Source: Candidatus Nealsonbacteria bacterium
Lineage (GTDB): Bacteria > Patescibacteriota > Minisyncoccia > Minisyncoccales > PWPS01
Reading direction: 5' to 3'
Assembly: GCA_003557645.1 (NCBI GenBank)
Contig: PWNV01000020.1
Span: 14,328-78,327 of the forward strand
Length of the DNA stretch: 64,000 nt
Part shown: piece after piece, positions 59,599-64,000 of the stretch
Position numbering within the stretch: the stretch's first letter is position 1
Layout: the number at the start of each line of letters is the position of its first letter
Notes under the pieces: model-generated
Told to the model about the DNA's origin: nothing
Databases searched by the model: none
Seen by the model: only the letters and a program-made list of their open reading frames with translations
Program-made: the position numbers and the translations under genes

Positions 59599-61383
59599 AT
59601 GCAAATTTTTGAACTTTATTTTAATCCAGAAAATAAAGAGAAGCTGTTAGAAAGTTTTGTTCATCAGCCAAAGAACGCTTATGAGCGTAAGCTGGGTAAG
59701 ATTTACATGGTTGGAGAGATTCTAGAGATAAGCGAAGAAGACTCCCCTCTTTTGCAGAATATATTCCATATCGCAAAAGAAAAATATTATAAAGACACCT
59801 CTCTTTTGCCCGAAAAGGCTCTCGAAGAAACCTTAAAGAAAATAAACCTTTTTCTAGAAGATAAAGGATATCAGGGAAAAATGAACATCGCCCTTCTTTC
59901 TTCTAAAAATTTCTCCATTCATGTTGCTAGAATAGGAAAAATAAAAATTGTCCTTCTTGCTAGTGGTAAAATAAAAAATATCTGCGAGGACCTAAGTGAA
60001 TCACAAGGAAACGTTTTTCATAACATAATTTCCGGAAAAATGAAAAAGGAGGACAAGCTCCTTGTATTAACTCCTGAAATTTATCATTCTTTCGTAAAGG
60101 GAAAGCTCTTTCAAGAAATGATGGAAAAACCTTTAAGCGATGATTTGATGGAAAAAATTTCTTCTTTGCAAAAGGAAAAGTTTCCCGCCGTTTCTGGTCT
60201 TTCTTTGATTATGGACCATGCTTTAAACCTAGAAGAAAAACCACAGATAATAGCAGGTACAAAGAAAAAAACATTTTCTTTTCAAAAATTATTTAATGAA
60301 GTTATCCTATCACTTTCAAAAATCAAGAAACCCGATTTTAAAACACCTAAAATTAACATTAGCAAGAAGCCATTAACACTTCTTTCTCTTCTTCTTCTTG
60401 TTGTCTCTATAGGTTACCTTACAATAAGTATAGAAAATAATATAAGAACCGGAAAACAAATGGAAGCCCTTTCCAAGATAGAAGAAAACATCGCCAAAGC
60501 TACCGAAGAAAAAAATATTGCTGTTTTAAAAGAAATACTTGATGAAATAGAAGACCTAAAAAAATCTAGAACAAATCTAAGTCAAGAGATTAACGATCAA
60601 CACTCTCTTCTCGAAAGTAAATTGCTTCATCTCTCACAATGGGAAAAAGTAGAAGACATTGAGCTAATTAAGAGTTTTGAAGATATTAATCCAGAAAACT
60701 TTTTACTTGCAGAAAATCGCATCTACCTTTTTACATCAGAATCACCTGAACTCTTTGCTCTAAACCTTGAAACAAGGGAAATAGAGAATAAATACTCCCT
60801 TGTCTCAGATAATGGTATCACGCTATCTTCCTTTTCCCAGAACAAACCAATGTTTTATGCACCCCCTAAACATTTCTTCTCTATTGAGGGTGGGGCACTC
60901 TCTACCTCTGAAATTTCTAAAGATGACCAAGACTACATTTCGCTTTCCTCTTTCTTAGGGGTTCCATACTTTCTCCAGAACAATGGAGAAATAGTTTCTT
61001 ATCGAAATAAATACCCCGGAACATGGCTAGAAAAAGATGAAACAAGAATAAAAGATCCACTTGCTCTGGCAATTGATGGCTCCATCTTTGTTCTTGATAA
61101 AATCAACAAAACACACCGTTACTACAAGGGACGATATGAGGAAAAAATTAATTATTCTATTTTCCCTCCTTTCCGAGCAGATAAAATAAAAACTTCTTAC
61201 GAGCTGCCCCTTTTCTTTTTAGATGTTCAAGGGAAGCGTATAATTATTGGAAGTAAGGAAGGAAAAATTGAAAAGCAACTCTACCTTCCAGAATTAACAA
61301 ATCCGAAGGATATTGCTATCACTTCGGATGGAAAAAAAATATACCTCTTGGATAACCAAGAGATATATCTAATAGAAATTTAA
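59599..61383 (+). CDS. bitopic membrane protein: N-terminal PPM/SpoIIE-like fold (tentative), TM helix, coiled coil, C-terminal beta-propeller-like repeats
   Basis: 594 aa with TM helix LTLLSLLLLVVSIGYLTISI at ~aa 260. The C-terminus has repeated IYLF/IFVLD/IYLLD strands. I recognise no catalytic metal-binding Asp pairs. Confidence 0.65.
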   Translation: MQIFELYFNPENKEKLLESFVHQPKNAYERKLGKIYMVGEILEISEEDSPLLQNIFHIAKEKYYKDTSLLPEKALEETLKKINLFLEDKGYQGKMNIALLSSKNFSIHVARIGKIKIVLLASGKIKNICEDLSESQGNVFHNIISGKMKKEDKLLVLTPEIYHSFVKGKLFQEMMEKPLSDDLMEKISSLQKEKFPAVSGLSLIMDHALNLEEKPQIIAGTKKKTFSFQKLFNEVILSLSKIKKPDFKTPKINISKKPLTLLSLLLLVVSIGYLTISIENNIRTGKQMEALSKIEENIAKATEEKNIAVLKEILDEIEDLKKSRTNLSQEINDQHSLLESKLLHLSQWEKVEDIELIKSFEDINPENFLLAENRIYLFTSESPELFALNLETREIENKYSLVSDNGITLSSFSQNKPMFYAPPKHFFSIEGGALSTSEISKDDQDYISLSSFLGVPYFLQNNGEIVSYRNKYPGTWLEKDETRIKDPLALAIDGSIFVLDKINKTHRYYKGRYEEKINYSIFPPFRADKIKTSYELPLFFLDVQGKRIIIGSKEGKIEKQLYLPELTNPKDIAITSDGKKIYLLDNQEIYLIEI

Positions 61384-61385
61384 GC

Positions 61386-61802
61386 TTACTTTAACTCTAC
61401 CACTGCCCCTGCTCCCTTTAAGCTCTTTTCAGCTTCCTTTGCCTCTTCTGCGGGAGCTCCTTCCTTGATGACTTGTGGTTCGGTTGTAGCAGCGTCTACC
61501 AAGTCTTTAGCCTCTTTAAGTCCTTTTCCAGTAATTGTTCTTACTGCTTTAATTACTTCAATTTTGCTTTCTCCAACTCCTTTTAGAACAACATTGTACT
61601 CACTCTTTTCCTCTTTTTCTCCTCCTTCAGCTGGCGCTGCAGCAGCAGGAGCCGCTGCCATAGGAGCAGATGCAGAAACACCGAGCTTATCTTCCAATAC
61701 TTTTACAAGCTCAGAAAGCTCTAAAACCGAAAGATTTTCTATTTTTTCCACAAGTTCCTTGAACTTTTTTGGGACCTCTACTTCCTTTTTTTCTTCTGAC
61801 AT
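61386..61802 (-). CDS. rplL: ribosomal protein L7/L12
   Basis: 138 aa with an N-terminal dimerisation helix, Ala-rich hinge [10 protein letters not shown] and C-terminal domain [23 protein letters not shown]. Confidence 0.95.
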   Translation of the reverse strand: MSEEKKEVEVPKKFKELVEKIENLSVLELSELVKVLEDKLGVSASAPMAAAPAAAAPAEGGEKEEKSEYNVVLKGVGESKIEVIKAVRTITGKGLKEAKDLVDAATTEPQVIKEGAPAEEAKEAEKSLKGAGAVVELK

Positions 61803-61828
61803 AATCTTATTTGATTAATGAATAATAA

Positions 61829-62344
61829 TTAATTCTCCTTTTTAGCGTTCGCTAAAACATAAAGAAGTCCTCTTGTATTTCCTTCTAATACATACAAAAG
61901 ATTTTTCATAGGAGCTGCCATGGTACCGAGAAGCTTTGCCATAAGAACTTCTCTAGAAGGCAACTCTGCAAGACTTTTAACTTCTTCAAAACTTATTACA
62001 CTGTTTTCAAAAAATCCTCCAAGAATCACAATGGCCTCATCCTTGGCGAATTTATTTACAATTTTTGCGGTTCCTACTCCATCTTGATAACTAAAAATAA
62101 ATCCCACCTCTCCGTCAAATGACTGAGGATCAAAGTCAATCCCCTCTTCCTTGAAGGCAATTTTAGCTAGGGTTTTTCTTGCAACCATCATTTTTGCTTC
62201 AGATTTATGAAGCTCACTTCTAAGGCTATGGGCACTTTCTCCTTTCATCCCCTTGAAATTAATGAAAAATACCCCCTTTTGTTTGGCAAGATTTTCCCTA
62301 AACTGTTTTACTATTTCCTTTTTCTTTTCTTTATTAATGGTCAT
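61829..62344 (-). CDS. rplJ: ribosomal protein L10
   Basis: 171 aa immediately upstream of rplL, with the typical L10 N-terminal domain and C-terminal L12-binding helix. Confidence 0.92.
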   Translation of the reverse strand: MTINKEKKKEIVKQFRENLAKQKGVFFINFKGMKGESAHSLRSELHKSEAKMMVARKTLAKIAFKEEGIDFDPQSFDGEVGFIFSYQDGVGTAKIVNKFAKDEAIVILGGFFENSVISFEEVKSLAELPSREVLMAKLLGTMAAPMKNLLYVLEGNTRGLLYVLANAKKEN

Positions 62345-62450
62345 AAAAAAACTGCTTTTAAAAAGCAGACAGTAACATTGAAATCTCTGAAACTATCCTC
62401 GGTAGGAATTTACGTGAACTTTTCACTGCCTACTGTCTGCGGATTCTTTT
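62345..62450 (-). promoter_or_regulatory. structured rplJ 5' leader (candidate L10-leader autoregulatory RNA)
   Basis: The 130-nt untranslated gap has a perfect 10-bp long-range pairing GCAGACAGTA (62440..62431) / TACTGTCTGC (62374..62365). It is followed by an alternative mini-hairpin CTGC-TTTTTAAAA-GCAG and TTTTTTT just before the ATG. Confidence 0.5.
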
Positions 62451-62474
62451 TTCTTGTTGTAATTATAAGAAACT

Positions 62475-62999
62475 TTATTTTTTTGTCAAGCTCTCGATTA
62501 TTTTTTCTGCAAACTCTTCAGCCGATTGTGGTCCTTCTGCAGTAATTATTTTTCCATCTTGCACCACACTTTCTTTTCTATAAATCCCCCCCTCTTCTTT
62601 CAAGATCTTAATTGCTCCTTTTTCCATAGAAGAACTCCAAACCGTTGCCCTAACTCCTTGAAGAACTCCCGCCTTTGCTAAGATAAGAGGACTAATGCAA
62701 ATTGCCGACAACAAAATATCTTGCTTTTTGACTGTTCTCGCTATCTCATATCCCTCTTCGTTGTCAAGAAACTTCACTGCTCCAGGTCCCCCAATAAAAG
62801 ATACTGCATCAAAATCTTCAGCAATAAAATCTTTTAACACATAATCAGCTTCTCCCTCTCCCCCACTAACTCCTGTAATTAATCCTTTTTTATCACTAAA
62901 AACAGAAACCTTGATTCCTTTGTTATCAAATTTTTCTCGTGGAATAAAATACTCTTCATCGCGAAAATCTTTTGATGCGACAACCATTGCTATTTTCAT
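62475..62999 (-). CDS. DJ-1/PfpI family protein
   Basis: 174 aa with nucleophile elbow LLSAICISPLILAKAGVLQG and the flavodoxin-like fold. Confidence 0.88.
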   Translation of the reverse strand: MKIAMVVASKDFRDEEYFIPREKFDNKGIKVSVFSDKKGLITGVSGGEGEADYVLKDFIAEDFDAVSFIGGPGAVKFLDNEEGYEIARTVKKQDILLSAICISPLILAKAGVLQGVRATVWSSSMEKGAIKILKEEGGIYRKESVVQDGKIITAEGPQSAEEFAEKIIESLTKK

Positions 63000-63002
63000 G
63001 AA

Positions 63003-64000
63003 TTATCTTAAATATTTATTTTTAGCATAATTATGCTCCTCCAGTGTACGACTAAAAACTGTCTCCCCTGTGGGCTTAGAAAGATAATAATAGTAATCAC
63101 TTTTTTTGGGGTTCATTGCAGCTCTTATGCTTTCCATTCCTGGATTAGAAATAGGTCCTAAGGGAAGAGTTAAGTTTACATATGTATTGTATGGAGAGTT
63201 TATTCTTGTCTCCAATATTGAAACGCTAACGCTTCTCTTCCCGGTAAGATAAGTAATCGTAGCATCAATCTGTAAAGGCATTCCTGCCTCAAGTCGATTT
63301 CTCATAATTCCGGAAACTAACCTTTTATCTTCATAAGTTCTTACTTCTTTCTCAATTAAAGAAGCAAGTATAATTATCTCAAAAATATTTTCCTCGTCCA
63401 CCTCTTTCGCTACTCGATTCTCAAAATTTCTAAGTAAAACTTTTATAATATCTTCAATTTCAGCGTTGGCATTTACAATATAAGTATCAGGAAAAAGATA
63501 TCCTTCAAGTGGTAAATTATCTGGAACTTCTTCTAAAAAAGAAAAATCCTCTTTAATTTCTCCAGCTTTTTGTTCTTTAACTTTACCATCAACATAACGC
63601 GGCGGTGTTCCCGCAAGACGATAAAATTCTTCTTTGCTTCCGTATCCTTCTCTTTCAAGGTAGTTTGCAATATCGTTTAAATTCCATCCCTCCACAATTG
63701 TTATCGTGTTCCTTTTTATTTTTCCCGAAATAAGTTTATCTGCTATTTGAGAAACGCTCATTCCTGAAGATATTTCATACACCCCAGTTTTAAGACTGGC
63801 TCTTTCTCCCTTTAAAAAAACATAAGTACTAAAAAAATACCGAGAACCAATAACTCCTTTTTTTTCAAGGTTTTGTGAAATCTCCAAAACCCCCTGCCCC
63901 TCTTCAATAATAAAAATCACTTTTTCTTTATCGTCCTCTGTAACCCCATAAAATCCTAAATAAAGAAAAATTCCAATAAACAATATTATGACGCTGATGA
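63003..64000 (-). CDS. mltG: endolytic murein transglycosylase MltG (YceG-like); N-terminus beyond window end
   Basis: The ORF track starts at a TTG at 63983, but the frame stays open to 64000 (..ISVII). The YceG signature is LEGYLFPDTY, followed by ASLIEKE and PLQIDATITY. Confidence 0.88.
   Translation of the reverse strand, partial: ISVIILFIGIFLYLGFYGVTEDDKEKVIFIIEEGQGVLEISQNLEKKGVIGSRYFFSTYVFLKGERASLKTGVYEISSGMSVSQIADKLISGKIKRNTITIVEGWNLNDIANYLEREGYGSKEEFYRLAGTPPRYVDGKVKEQKAGEIKEDFSFLEEVPDNLPLEGYLFPDTYIVNANAEIEDIIKVLLRNFENRVAKEVDEENIFEIIILASLIEKEVRTYEDKRLVSGIMRNRLEAGMPLQIDATITYLTGKRSVSVSILETRINSPYNTYVNLTLPLGPISNPGMESIRAAMNPKKSDYYYYLSKPTGETVFSRTLEEHNYAKNKYLR

Noticed and set aside
1-64000. 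Alternative genetic code (UGA recoding as in some CPR lineages)
   Set aside because: All recognisable genes are full length under the standard code, and TGA is used as a genuine stop (for example at the end of the 43291..43848 gene).

Overview
This is a 64-kb window of a visibly AT-rich, tightly packed bacterial chromosome. I can support 72 protein genes and 2 tRNAs. I found no rRNA, no CRISPR array, no transposase and no complete integrase. 61 of the 72 CDS and both tRNAs are on the minus strand, and many neighbours overlap by 1-30 nt at start/stop. Content is mostly housekeeping. Translation genes are aspS, cysS, fmt, tig, rplU and rplJ-rplL with a structured leader. Replication and repair genes are dnaX, dnaB, recR, rmuC, xseAB, dinB, nfo, a family-4 UDG, two UvrD-type helicases and two RecB-type nuclease domains. 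The cell envelope is represented by a partial D-Ala-D-Ala carboxypeptidase, murC, mltG, pgeF and an mraZ-rsmH-ftsL-ftsI block. The rest are ion channels and transporters, a small proteostasis patch (Clp/Hsp100-like ATPase, Hsp20, acylphosphatase) and a five-gene alpha-glucan cluster. Several traits fit a streamlined Patescibacteria/CPR-like organism using the standard genetic code, which is an inference. These traits are an archaeal-type PPAT, a GAD-less AspRS, a short gamma-only DnaX, a membrane-anchored Clp ATPase, a eukaryote-type GT3 glycogen synthase and a near absence of Shine-Dalgarno signals. The points most worth a second look follow. (1) Three stand-alone hyperacidic microproteins built on 18-bp tandem repeats and poly-Glu tails share, with hsp20 and one other small gene, an AAGGTCG box at a near-constant distance from the start codon. 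(2) A solitary compact OLD-family ATPase-Toprim nuclease is inserted on the opposite strand. (3) The alpha-glucan cluster pairs a GT3 and a GT4/5-like synthase. (4) Two long translationally coupled repair operons carry unexplained passengers: a Cys-rich 335-aa orphan with an alarmone-hydrolase-like HD protein, and a WYL-like protein, a metzincin and TspO. (5) There are degenerate pseudo-enzyme candidates, namely the Clp D1 module and a MurF-like fragment. Hand-located coordinates of RNA and DNA motifs may be off by 1-2 nt.
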